A DNA stretch of 48,105 bases from Chiloscyllium plagiosum (GCF_004010195.1 NC_057711.1:80078566-80126670); one strand, 5' to 3'; counted from the first letter of the stretch, positions 35,400-47,699 are shown. Notes: a model not told the origin generated them from the letters alone. Program-made: numbers and translations.

Positions 35400-35850
35400 A
35401 TTGAATAGCCTCACAGGTGGTACTTAGTCTTCTAAGTCCAATATCTTCAGTATTTCCTCAATGACATTCCCTTCAATATGTGGTCAGAAGTGGAGATGCT
35501 CATTAATAATTGCTGTGTTTAGAGAATGAGGCAGTCCTTGCAAGAATATAACAAGGCCTAGACAAAATTCAAGCTTGTACGAATAAGTGGCAAGGAAAAT
35601 TTATGCCTTAAAATGCCAGGTAATGTCCATGTCAAACAAGAGAGAAACTGACCAATACTCTATGACTTTTGGTAGCCATGTGTAACCATCATAAACACGC
35701 AGGAGGAAGTTACCATTGATCAGAAATTTAGCTGGAGAAACTATACAAGTAGTTTGACAGCAACAGCGTATCAAGTGCTAGGAATTCTGCAGGGAGTGTT
35801 TTGCCTCCTAAATCCCTGAAGCCCATCTGCCTTTCACAAGTGTAGCCAAT
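35400..35850 (+). mobile_element. Old non-LTR RT fragment (same family as 5870-6290)
   Basis: AATGACATTCCCTTC..GGTCAGAAGTGGAGATG..CTAGACAAAATTCAAGCTTG..AAGTGGCAAG..TGCCAGGTAATG..AAACAAGAGAGA. Confidence 0.6.
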
Positions 35851-36924
35851 TTTTCAGCAAGAATTCAAACGATTTAAAAGCTGACAGTGCAAGTTAACAC
35901 ATCATGTCATGGCTCAACAAGAAGTGGTTAAAAGCGACAGATGAGCTGAGGAGTTACATATTAGTCACTTGGGGGTTGAGTCCTGTAGCTGATCCTTCAG
36001 CAAAAATGCACTCAAGTCAAAATAAGTCAAAACGTTTAAAAGAAAAAGTTCAAGTTTGTGAGAGATAATTTTCAGAAATTTGCTAAACTCTGCCTTTCAG
36101 CATTCCACAAGACATACCTAACCTATACACTGAATAACTTCTTCAATATACTCCATCTTTGCACAGTAGCTTCCAAAGGAGCTTTGTGATTTCTGTGTGA
36201 ATTTGTAATAAAGGCTGGTAATACCAAGGCACCTTGCTGACTCTTCATAGTAGCTGGAGTTGCAAGTGTACACTAACTTTGATATTTTCATGTGTAAGCT
36301 TTACTCAACTGCTGTCACTCTATACTTTAAAACATTAATCTTAGGTATTGTAAATGTGTTTTTGAGCATCAAATTGTGTTTTGTGAGTCAATTCTAAGCC
36401 TGATAACTGCTGATTGTGTTCTACTTTGTCCCATTCAGGATAATGTGTCAACAAATAGGTTGAGTGTTCCTCAATATCTGACAAGCCTAAAGAAACAATC
36501 CTTTGGAATGGTTAAATGGATTAACTTGAATTGAGAACATAGGGCCTTCTATGGCATTGAAACAATTTCTTGAGCAACAGAAGTTGTAAGGCATTGGTTT
36601 TCTTATATGTCAAGCTTCACGAAGTCTGTAGAGTCATGAAATGGTTATTTTACTCCCTACCTAAGACAGCCATGGTCCTACCCACCCTGATTTAAGTCAG
36701 TAAGCCTCCAAAATGTAGAATGTAAAAGTACTGAGAATGAAGAAATTCCTACCAGCTGGTAAGAAACAGCTGTGTATACTGAGTATGTACTGCACTCTCT
36801 CTTAAATCAGGTTTGATTGATTCTCCTAATTTGCTGCTGTGTTCTTTCCTTCCTTTTTCTGTCAGCTTTCAGAATGCTCAGGAAATCAGTAGATGTGGCA
36901 CTCAAGTTAAACCCATGTTCATAT

Positions 36925-36949
36925 ATTGAATTGAATTGAATTGAATTGA
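36925..36949. repeat. (ATTGA)5, the reverse complement of the Rex tail repeat
   Basis: Seen directly at the 5' junction of the LINE fragment. Confidence 0.9.
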
Positions 36950-37715
36950 CAGACGGGAGGTGGAAGACCTGGAAACATGGTGCGTTGAGAACAACGTAAC
37001 TCTCAATGCCTGCAAAACCAAAGAATTCATTATTGACTTTCAGCAGGATGTTACTTATGCCCCACTACACATTAACAACACAGAGGTGGAACGAGTGGAG
37101 AATGTCAAGCTCCTGGGAGTGGTCATCCACAACAAGCTTTCTTGGACTCTTCATGTGGACGCAATGGTTACAAAGGCCCAACAATGTCTCTTCCTCCTCA
37201 GTCAACTGAGGAAATTTAGCATGACGGCGAATACTCTTGCCAATTTTTATAGGTGTGCCATCGAGAGCATTCTGTCTGGATTTATCACTACCTCGTATGG
37301 CAACTGCATCATTCAAAATCAGAGACGGTTACAGAGAATGGTGAACTCAGCTGGACAGTCACAAAGGCCAACCTTCCATCTATAGAATCCATTTACCAGG
37401 CCCACTGTCAAGGAAAGGCTGCCAGCATTCTTAAAGATCCATCCCACCCTGGCAATGTTTTCTACAATCTCTACCATCGTGGAGAAGGTACAGAAGCCTG
37501 AACACACGCACCAACTGGTTTTGAAACAGTCTCTACCCTACTATTGTTAGAACACACTCTGAACATTCGCCTGTACCTGTGTTTTTGTTTTTGCTGCTGT
37601 TACCTATTATTTACTTATCTATACTACTTAACTCTGTGATCTGCCTGTATTGCTTGCAAGACAAAGCTTTTCATTGTGTCTCGGTACACATGGCAATAAA
37701 TTCAATTCAATTCAA
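36950..37715 (+). mobile_element. Rex1/Babar-clade LINE 3' end
   Basis: WCVENNVTLNACKTKEFIIDF, VERVENVKLLGV.I...LSW, KAQQCLF.L..LRKF and NFYRCAIESILSG motifs; AATAAA plus (TTCAA)3 tail. Confidence 0.9.
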
Positions 37716-39669
37716 ATGATTTCATTAATTCTTGAATCACAAACATTGGATATTTGTCTGGAATGAAAGCTTTGTTGACAAACTAGACATCAACACATGG
37801 TCCAAATTAACCATTTTTTGTGCCAGGCAATGACTGGATTTAATGTGCAAGGTTGTATCACTCAATTATACCATCTGCCCCGTTGGTTTACCTTGTATGA
37901 CACTTTGGTATAGAATCCATGCGAGAAGTATATCAAATGTTGTAAAGCCAGAGGAGTTGATGTGTTAATGCCAGGAGTATGACCGTACTCCTTAATTTTT
38001 CCAAATGCAGTAATCAAAGAAGGATAGTGGCATGTGTCTTCACTGTCACTGACCATGTTCATGTGTGCCTCAGTTAGGGCCTTCAAGTTTGAAGTCAAGC
38101 CTCTTGAAATGATTTACCCTGTACAATTCTACCTTTGGCTTGGTAGGACATAAACCTGTCTAGGATGACAGTTTTGTAGCATGCTGAAACTTTGATCAGT
38201 CCCAAAACTGGATTAATGTGAAATTGTAAGCTTGAGGAATATCTGTTGCAGGAGTGCGAGAAGGTTGCAAAAACGAGCAATAGTAGAGTTTGTTACTCAG
38301 TACTGACACATTCACACTAACATCAATAAGAAGGGACAGAGATGTCTGCAATCTCAACTGAGTATTCCCGAAAATGACTTGGTGCTTTATCATTTGTGAG
38401 GACATGCACATGCTGTATTTCACTCAGAGAAAAATATTTCACCACATGTTAAATTGATGAAGATTTCTTCCTCTTTGATTTACATCTCTTTGTGAAACCA
38501 TTCTACTTTAAGCATAAGTTATATTTTCTCTCTTTCACTTTACATGGCGTTGTGAATTTTTGAAGATTGCTTCTACAAATTTGAGCAACATTGTAAGGGT
38601 ACCTGGCTGTGCCCGCTGAGATCTGTTTTGCTGTTACAACTGTGTTTGAATTGTTTAAGCAAACTGTATTTGCAACCTGGAGTGCAATTTTGTGGAAACT
38701 CATTAAATTTCACATCACTGATTAAAGTTGAATTGCCACCATTCTGTTTTTTTCCCAATATTAAATCATTATTGTCCAAGAAGGGACTGACCATAGTTCA
38801 TTAAATTAGACATGAATTAGTTCATTAGTTTTTGTGCTAAATTTGCATGCAGAAGTTAATTGCCACAATGCTGCAACATATTGTTTAATGGGCTCATCAT
38901 TTCCCTAACCTTCCAGACACAATGCATAGCAATCAATCTTTAGACTTTTCTTTGACCCTAAGTATTTCCTAAGATCATATATTGCCGTAACAAATGTGGA
39001 CAAGTGTTCTGTGAGCTACTTGAATACTCATTGGTCATCCACTTGAAACAATATAGGAGTTTCACCTTCTTGTTGACTACTGTTTCATCTGGACAGACCA
39101 TCATGAAAATCATGGATTAGGTCTTGATATCCAAAACCTAACAACCCCAAGGTATAAGTGGATCTCCCAGAGAAGAAGGAGTAAGAACTAGTAAATTGAA
39201 AATAATCACCATCATCCTTGTTGCTAGTTGTTGTGTTTTAAGCCTCTGAGTTATGCAGAGATGATATAGTAATTTATCTGTGTTCAAGAACCTTAGTTAC
39301 AATACTTCTAAATTGAATGGTCCCATGCTTAAAGCAGGCCTCCATTCAGTCTCTCTCTCACCAAGTAACCACATCCAGACTGAACTAATCACCCACAGAA
39401 AACCTGGCACACTATTCAAATGCCAAACAACTGATCAATTGAAAATTTGTTCCATCAAGGGAATTGAAGTCCCATTAAACCTGACCTCATTATAGTCTTG
39501 GTCCAATCACGGACAAAAGAGCTGAATTCCAGAGACACAATGAGAATGACAAGCCTTGACGTCATGGTCTTATTTGACTGAATGTGACATCATGGAATAC
39601 AAGCTATAATGAAGCCAATGGAAATCAGTTGGAACCTAGCATAAAGAAAGATGCTTTTGCTTAATATAT

Positions 39670-40110
39670 GAACATAAGAAATGGAGCAGTAATATATTCC
39701 TTGGGCCTTCAAGTCTGCTTTGTCAATCAATATGCTCTTAGCTGATCACCAGCTTTAATTCCACTTTTCTGCCTCTCCCCATATACCTTGCTTCCTTGAG
39801 AGATCAAAACTTCTCAATCTTAAACATAATTAATGATGCTACCTACATAAACCCTTTGTGAATAAAGTTCTTTTCATCTCAGTTGCATCAGCCCCTTATC
39901 TTAAAATTATGCCATTTCATTCCCAGTTCCCCAGACAGTAGGAAAACATGTCTAAATATATACCCTATCATACCCCTTCAGAATCGAATGTTGTTGGAAG
40001 GCAATTATTTCAGTCTCAGGAGATTACTGTATGAATTTCTAAGGGCAATTTCCTTGGATCAATCATATTCAACTGTTTTATCCATGACCTTCCCTCCATC
40101 TCAAGGTCCG
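39670..40110 (-). mobile_element. Old CR1 3' end
   Basis: Terminus AACATAAGAAATGGAGCAGTA..GGCCTTCAAGTCTGC followed by CR1-like 3' ORF2 sequence. Confidence 0.6.
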
Positions 40111-40474
40111 AATTGGTGAAGTTTGCTGATTATTGCATCATGTTCAATTTCATTCATGACTCCTCAGATGCTGAACTGTGACCTATCCACATATCCTAAG
40201 ACCTGGACCGTGTTCAGGGTTTCAGATTACTCTGCACTGAATATTTATATAAGTTTGTGCTTGGCTGTAATGCAGTTTTTATAACAGGAACATTTTAATC
40301 TTTTTATTGGACCCTTTACATGAGCAGTAATAGTGTTTGAAAGGCTCTTAATCATCAAATATCTTGTTCTACCAATATTCTTGTATTTAATATTGTAGCT
40401 GCCATACTACATCTATTAGTAAGAACTATCATCAACAATTGAGCCACAGTTATAGTCACACAGCACAGAAGAGA

Positions 40475-40812
40475 AGCATGATGGCTCGGTGGTTAGCACT
40501 GCTGTCTTACAGTGCCAGGGACCTGGATTTGATTCCACTCTTGGGCGATTGTCTGTGGAGTTTTCTCAGTCTCTCTATGTCTGCGTGGATTTCCTCTGAA
40601 TGCTCCAGTTTCCTGCCACTAGATGTGCAGATTCGGTGGATTGGCCATGCTGAATTGCTCATAGAGTCCAGGGATGTGCATACTAGGTGGATTATCCATG
40701 GGAAATGCAGGGTTACCAGAGGAAAGTGGGTTTCGGGTGGGATACCCTTCTTATGGTTCATGTGGACTCAATGGGTCAAATGGCCTGCTTCCACACTATA
40801 GGGATTCTATGA
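40475..40812 (+). mobile_element. HE1 SINE inserted in a minus-strand CR1 3' terminus
   Basis: Head TGGCTCGGTGGTTAGCACTGCTG and tail CACACTATAGGGATTCTATGA. Host pieces lie at 40445-40474 and 40820-41078. Confidence 0.88.
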
Positions 40813-41229
40813 AAAATTCTCTAAGGCGCCCTTCAGCCCATCAAGTCTACATCATCTATCAATACTAATCCCACATTCTCACACCTGGCCCATAATTTTG
40901 AATATTATAACATTTCAAGTGCAAGTCCAAGTGCTTTTAAACATTGTAACGTTTGCAGTCTCAACTACCCTCCCAGGTAGTACATTGCTCCCACTGGGAA
41001 AACCTGTTCCTCAAATCCCCTTTAAATCTCCTGTCCTTCACTTTAAAATGATGCCCTCTAGTTATGAACCCTACAACTGAGGGGTCGTGGATAATATAGT
41101 TGAATATGCTTCATCCAAGGATACTGCCCTGAGGAAATCCTACAGTAATGTCCTGAGACTGAAATCATTGCCCACCAATAGCTGCTTCCCATTCAATCTC
41201 TCCATGTCCTGCATAATCTTAAATATCTT

Positions 41230-43594
41230 AAACATAGAATGGGACTGCCATAATGTTAAGGTTTTAGATGGAGAGGAATTTGTTAAGTGTACGCAAGAAA
41301 ATTTTCTGATTCAGTATGTGGATGTACCTACTAGAGAAGGTGCAAAACTTGACCAACTCTTGGGAAATAAGGCAGGGCAGGTGACTNNNNNNNNNNNNNN
41401 NNNNNNNNNNNNNNNNNNNNNNNNNNNNNNNNNNNNNNNNNNNNNNNNNNNNNNNNNNNNNNNNNNNNNNNNNNNNNNNNNNNNNNNNNNNNNNNNNNNN
41501 NNNNNNNNNNNNNNNNNNNNNNNNNNNNNNNNNNNNNNNNNNNNNNNNNNNNNNNNNNNNNNNNNNNNNNNNNNNNNNNNNNNNNNNNNNNNNNNNNNNN
41601 NNNNNNNNNNNNNNNNNNNNNNNNNNNNNNNNNNNNNNNNNNNNNNNNNNNNNNNNNNNNNNNNNNNNNNNNNNNNNNNNNNNNNNNNNNNNNNNNNNNN
41701 NNNNNNNNNNNNNNNNNNNNNNNNNNNNNNNNNNNNNNNNNNNNNNNNNNNNNNNNNNNNNNNNNNNNNNNNNNNNNNNNNNNNNNNNNNNNNNNNNNNN
41801 NNNNNNNNNNNNNNNNNNNNNNNNNNNNNNNNNNNNNNNNNNNNNNNNNNNNNNNNNNNNNNNNNNNNNNNNNNNNNNNNNNNNNNCCAAAGGGTTTTTA
41901 CAAATACATTAAGGACAAGAGGGGAACTAGGGAGAGATTAGGGCCAGTCAAAGATCAGCAAGGTGGCCTTTGTGTGGAGCCACAGGAAATGGGGCAGATA
42001 CTAAATGAATATTTTGTGTCAGTATTTAATGTGGAAAAAGCACATGGAAGATATAGACTGTAGGGAAATAGATGGAGACATCTTGAAAAATGTCCATATT
42101 ACAGAGGAGGAAGTGCTGGATGTCTTGAAACGCATAAAGGTGGATAAATCCCCAGGACCTGATCAGGTGTACCCGAGAACTCTGTGTGAAGCTAGGGAAG
42201 TAATTGCTGGGCCTCTTGCTGAGATATTTGTATCATCGATAGTCACAGGTGAGGTGCCTGAAGACTGGAGGTTGGCAAATGTGGTGCCACTGTTTAAGAA
42301 AGGTGGAAAGGACAAGTCAGGGAACTATAGACCAGTGAGCCTCACCTCGGTGGTGGGCAAATTGTTGGAGGGAATCCTGAGGGACAGGATGTACATGTAT
42401 TTGGAAAGGCAAGGACTGATTAGGGATAGTCAACATGGCTTTGTGCATGGCTAATCATGTCTCACAAACTTGATTGAGTTTTTTGAAGAAGTAGCAAAGA
42501 GGATGAGGCCAGAGCAGTAGATGTTATCTATATGGACTTCAGTAAGGCGTTCAACAAGGTTCCCCATGGGACACTGGTGAGCAAAGTTAGATCTCAGGCA
42601 ATAGAGGGAGAACTTGCCATTTGGATACAGAACTGGCTCAAAGATAGAAGGCAGAAGGTGGTGGTGGAGAGTTGTTTTCAGACTGGAGGCCTGTGACCAG
42701 TGGAGTACCACAAGGATCGGCGCTGGGTCTTCTACATTTTGTCATTTACATAAATGATTTGGATGCGAGCATAAGAGGTACAGTCAGTAGGTTTACAGAT
42801 GACACCAAAATTGGAGATGTAGTGGACAGTGAAGAGGGCTTATACACTTAATGGTAAGGTCCGAGGGAGTGTTGCTGAACAAAGAGACCTTGGAGTACAG
42901 GTTCATAGCTCCTTGAAAGTGGAGTTGCAGGTAGATAGAATAGTGAAGAAGGCGTTTGGTACGCTTCCCTTTTTTGGTCAGAGTATTGAGTACAGAAGTT
43001 GGGAGGTCATGTTGCAGCTGTACAGGACATTGGTTAGGCCACTGTTGGAATATTGCATGCAATTCTGGTCTCCTTCCTATTGGAAGGATGTTGTGAAACT
43101 TGAAAAGGTTCAGAAAAGATTTACAAGGATGGAGGATACAGGGTTGGAGGATTTGAGCTATAAGAAGAGGTTAAATAGGCCAGGGCTGTTTTCCCTGGAG
43201 CATTGGAGGCTGAGGGGTGACCTTACTGAGGTTTATAAAATCATGGGGGGCATGAATAGGATAAGTAATCAAAGACCTTTCCCTGGGGTGGGGGAGTCCC
43301 GACCTAGAGGGCATAGGTTTAGGGTGAGAGGGGAAAGATATAAAAGAGACCTAAGAGGCAACTTTTTCACTCAGAGGGTAGTACGTGTATAGAATGAGCT
43401 GCCAGAGAAAGTGGTGGAGGCTAGTACAATTGCAACATTTAAAAGGCATCTGGGTGGGTATATGAATAGGAAAGGTTTGGAGGGATATGGCCGTGGTGCT
43501 GTCAGGTGGGACTAGATTTGTTTGGGATATCTGGTCTGCATGGATGAGTTGACCAAGAGGTCTGTTTCAATGCTGTACATCTCTATGACTCTAT
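41230..43594 (+). mobile_element. 5'-truncated CR1 LINE (endonuclease end, RT, 3' UTR) spanning an assembly gap
   Basis: FLIQYVDVPTREGAKLD.LLGN, KSPGPDQVYPR, WRLANVVPLFKKG..NYRPVSLTSVVGKLLE, F(T)DDTK and LVRPLLEYC.QFWSP motifs; (GACTCTAT) tail; small deletion near 42838. Confidence 0.95.
41387..41886. other. Assembly gap (500 N)
   Basis: Run of N. Confidence 1.
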
Positions 43595-44114
43595 CTCAAT
43601 CAGCTCCCCATGCTAAAATCTGCTAAAATCTCAATGTATAAACGTTTTATATTTCATAAATATTTTTTCCATATATAGCAATTTTACAGGAAATGATCGT
43701 TGTTGAAATTTTCAAATCACTGTATTTGGTCAAAGATTATTGTATTTTCAATGGATACATTTGTTTGCTTTCAAAATATTATTCATTTTGTCAAATTAAC
43801 ATTTAATTGTTATTGTCTACGATTTGCTGATTTATGAATTATCACACTATGCAGAATCTTCACATCCTGTTATGTACCAAAAAAAGCATATAACTGCTTT
43901 GAGTGACCACAAACCAAATTGGATATCCTAAATTGGACACCCTAAATTGACCCACAGCTAGAGCAACTGGACCTGATGGAAAACTGGCCAAACTAAATTA
44001 AACAGCAGCTATCGGCTCCAGAGAACTGTGGAAATTAAGGTAGAACCACCTACAACCAGTCCAAGGGTTGTGTTTTGGAAGATTGTCAACCAGATGTTCT
44101 GGCACCTTGACTTG

Positions 44115-45035
44115 CAGCCACATATTCCCCTCCCCTCCCTTGTCAGCATTCTGCAGGGAGTTTACCATCCAGGGTATATCATTCCCAACATCAGCACCTT
44201 CTCATGCAATCACAGAAAGTGTACCTACTTTCTGCCTACTCACCTTCATCTTCCTGACGATCCAAGGTCCCAGACACATCTTCCAGGTGAAGAAGCAGTT
44301 CACCTGCATTTTACTCAATCTAGTCTAATATGTTCACTGCTCTACATTTGGAGATAAAATGAAGACTGAGTGACCACTTTGCAGAAAACCTACTTTGTGT
44401 CTGCAAAAATGATCCTTTGCCAACCCTTCAATACACCATCATGTTCCTTGGCCAACAAATCAGATTGCAAGCCTGCTGCAGTTTTCTAGTCAGCCTCAGT
44501 GCAAGCTTGAAGAACAATATCTTGGGGACCCAGCAGCCTTCAAGACTCAACATCATATTCAACACTCGAGCCTGATTCCAACCTTCCATGATCTTAACCC
44601 ACCCGTCACCCAGCCCTGTTATGATATATGTTGCTTTCAGCAAAGTCATCCATTACCACATACTCCTAGTGCCATTACCACATTATATTTAGCTCAGCTA
44701 ACCCTTTTTCTTACTCTTGGCTCTAATTATCTCTTATTCAGCTTATTGTGCTGCAGTGCTATCCATAATCTCCTTTGTTTACCTACTCCTTTCATATCGC
44801 TCTTTGTTTTTCTCGCTGGGCTCCATCTCCACCTGTTGCTCACCCTTCCCCAAACCAATTCACCTTCAACATAAATACCATCTTTTCCTCGCTACTAACA
44901 GTTCTAATGAGGCATCACTGGACTCGAAACATAAACTCTGTTTTCTCTCCACAGTGCTGCTACATGTGCTGAGTTTCCTCAGCAATTTCTGTTTCTGTTT
45001 CAGATCTCCAGCATATGCAGCTCTATTTTATTTTA
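44115..45035 (+). mobile_element. Penelope-like element 3' region: GIY-YIG endonuclease remnant, 3' UTR and hammerhead tail (family D)
   Basis: HIFPSPPLSAF, TFSCNHRKC, TIQGPRHIFQVKKQFTC..NLV, LLYI and RLSDHFAE.L motifs; AGTT-CTAATGA..GACTC-GAAA-CATA-AACT at 44900-44937. Confidence 0.85.
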
Positions 45036-45276
45036 TTAAAGGGAAGATTCAGCTTGATAAAAGTAGATGCAAGGAGAAGTGATGAGGTGTCCCTATTGAA
45101 TTAGTAGTTGATAGTTTGGGAGGATGATGTGTGCAAGACCCTTGAATGATTATGATGCATGTAATTTTGAGAGCTGTAGCCCACCAGCCTTGGTGAGATG
45201 CGTGTGCAGTGGCAAAGTGAGAGTGAGTGTTGGCTATTTCAGCATGACTTAGTAGAGAGAAGATATTGGTACTTAG

Positions 45277-45705
45277 CATAGAGTCATAGAGATGTACAGC
45301 ATGGAAACAGGCCCTTCAGTCGAACTCGTCCATTCCGACCAGATATTCTAAACTAATCTAGTTCCATTTGCTAGCACTAGGCCTATATCTTTCTAAATCC
45401 TTCCTATTCATATCCCCGTCCAGATGCTTTTTAAATACTATAATTGTACCAGCCTCTACCACTTCTTCTGGCAACTCATTCCATACACATACCACTCTCT
45501 GTGTGGAAAAGTTGCCCTTAAGGTCCCTTTTATAGTTTTCCCCTCTCATCCTAAACCTATACTCTCTATTTCTGGACTCCCCCCACGCCAGGGAAAAGAC
45601 CTTGTCTATTTATCATATCCATGCCCCTCATGATTTTACATAACTCTATAAGGTCAACCCTCAGCCTCTAATGCTCCAGGGAAAACAGACCCAGCCTACT
45701 TAGCA
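45277..45705 (-). mobile_element. CR1 3' end
   Basis: CATAGAGTCATAGAG tail and KGNFSTQRVVCVWNELPEEVVEAG. It is the reverse complement of about 43170-43594. Confidence 0.92.
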
Positions 45706-46086
45706 GCCTGTAAAAGATCTTCTTGAGGCACATCCATCATCACATGGGACCTGTAGAGATCCACGTGCTGGGTCCAGGCGGCTATATTTGGTGGAATGGT
45801 CTTTTGTAGCTGTCCACTGGAAAGGTGTCTGTCCTCCTTTCCACTATCTCATCTGCCAACATTTCCAGATCTCTACTGGTCAAGCAAGGAGTGAGCTTGC
45901 TTCCTTCTGGGCCCTCTCTTTGGTGATAAGGGTTGATCGCCTCCCTCCTGTGCAAGGGATGCTTACTGGCTTGTAGTATCTGAGGAGGAATGCAGCTAGC
46001 ATTTAGGTCTGGTGCTGGAAGCGTGGAAGCTGGAAGGTCCAGGCTGTGGCAAGATAATTTGCCTCCATTGCCATGAGATTTATTAT

Positions 46087-46395
46087 CATAGAGTCATAGA
46101 GTCATACAGCACAGAAGCAGACCTTTTCTCCAACTCATCCATGCTGACCACGTTTCCAAACTAAAAAGATCCCATTTGCCTGTGCTTGGCCCATATCCCT
46201 CTAAACATTTCGTATTCATGTACCTATCCAAATGTTTCTTAAATCTTGTCACTGTACCTGCATCAGCTCTTCCTCTGGCAGTTCATTCCACACATGCTCA
46301 TCAGGTCCCTTTTAAATTCTTTTCCTCTCACCTTGAAATTATTCCCTCTAGTTTTGAACTCCCCAATCCGAGGGAAAAGATTTTTGCTTATCTAT
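46087..46395 (-). mobile_element. CR1 3' end
   Basis: CATAGAGTCATAGAGTCATACAGCACAG tail and CR1 3' UTR. Confidence 0.88.
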
Positions 46396-46396
46396 T

Positions 46397-47080
46397 ATAG
46401 AGTCATAGTCAAGATTCATAGAGCATGAAAACAGATCCTTCAGTGGTTAGCACTGCTGCCTCACAGCGCCAGAGACCCGGGTTCAATTCCCGCCTCAGGC
46501 GACTGACTGTGTGGAGTTTGCACATTCTCCCCGTGTCTGCGTGGGTTTCCTCCGGGTGCTCCGGTTTCCTCCCACAGTCCAAAGATGTGCAGGGTCAGGT
46601 GAATTGGCCATACTAAATTGCCCGTAGTGTTAGGTAAGGGGTAAATGTAGGGGTATGGGTGGGTTTCGCTTCGGCGGGTCGGTGTGGACTTGTTGGGCCG
46701 AAGGGCCTGTTTCCACACTGTAATCTAATCTAATCTAGTCCAACACTCCATGCCAACCATAATCCCAAACTAAACTAATCCTACCAGCCTGTGCCTCCAA
46801 ACATTTCTTATTCATGTAATTATCTAAATGTGTCTTAAACATTGTTACTGTACCCGCATCCAATACCGCCTCTGAAAGTTCATTCCATACGTGAACCACT
46901 CTCTAATTGCCCCTCACGTCTTTTTCAATTATTTCTCCTCTTACCTTAAAGATATGTCCCCCAGTCATGAACTCCCCACTCTAGGAAAAAGACAGCTGCC
47001 ATCCCCTTATCGAAACCACTATGATTCCAGAAACCTCTATAAGGTCACCCCTCAACCTCCTACACTTCAGTGAAAAAGGC
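46397..47080 (-). mobile_element. CR1 3' end interrupted by an HE1 SINE
   Basis: Tail at 46397-46440. The host resumes at 46737 (AGTCCAAC..CCATGCCAACC) and runs to TATAAGGTCACCCCTCAACCTCC. Confidence 0.85.
46441..46737 (+). mobile_element. Young HE1 SINE
   Basis: Retains many CpGs, has an intact B box GGGTTCAATTCC, a complete V-domain and a (TAATC)3 tail. Confidence 0.95.
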
Positions 47081-47699
47081 TAATGTTGGATAATAGATCA
47101 GCTGAAAGGCCCCACAAAAAAAATTTACCTTGGGGTGTGGAAGAGTGGAACCATGAATCTGACTTACCACCACGCATTAACATGTGAAAATTTGAAAAAT
47201 CCAGCTATATCACTTCCACAATTAACTTCTTTCTCATGAATAGAATTTGTCTTAGAGGAATTTTCAGGTAAGCTTTCAAACTTGCTTCCAAACTATAGTC
47301 TCATAAGTTGGTAATTGTAGTAGATCTGCCGAAAAGTATTTGGAATGTTAAATAGCAGGTAGACTCCAAAAACACTTACAGCACAGAAAGAGGTGATTTG
47401 GCCCATTGTGTCCATACCAGTCCATAAAAGTGTCCTACATAAACGTTAGAAATTCTTTTGTCAGAATTGAATTTCTTTGCTTACCGGGTTAAAAATCTTA
47501 TTACATTTTACAACTTAATGTACATTCTTGCTCATTTCCACTGTGACTCCAATAGCAATGTGGTGGAAGGCTGGAAAACAGGCTGGAATGTTGATACTTT
47601 GGATTTCAATCTGTGCTTCCAATGTCGAAAAGGCATCCTGAGGGACTGAACCTGAATCGGCTCTAAACATGGGTGGTGGACAAAATAGACAGACTGGAG

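Noticed and set aside
41087..41941. 284-aa and 208-aa ORFs
   Set aside because: These are artefacts of translating through the 500-N gap.
43611..43950. Short tandem duplications (TGCTAAAATC x2; AAATTGGA..CCT repeats), and similar ones near 3380 and 33400
   Set aside because: These are ordinary replication-slippage duplications.
46441..46500. tRNA-like A/B box sequences here and at other SINE heads
   Set aside because: They continue into V-domain SINE bodies and do not form complete tRNA genes.
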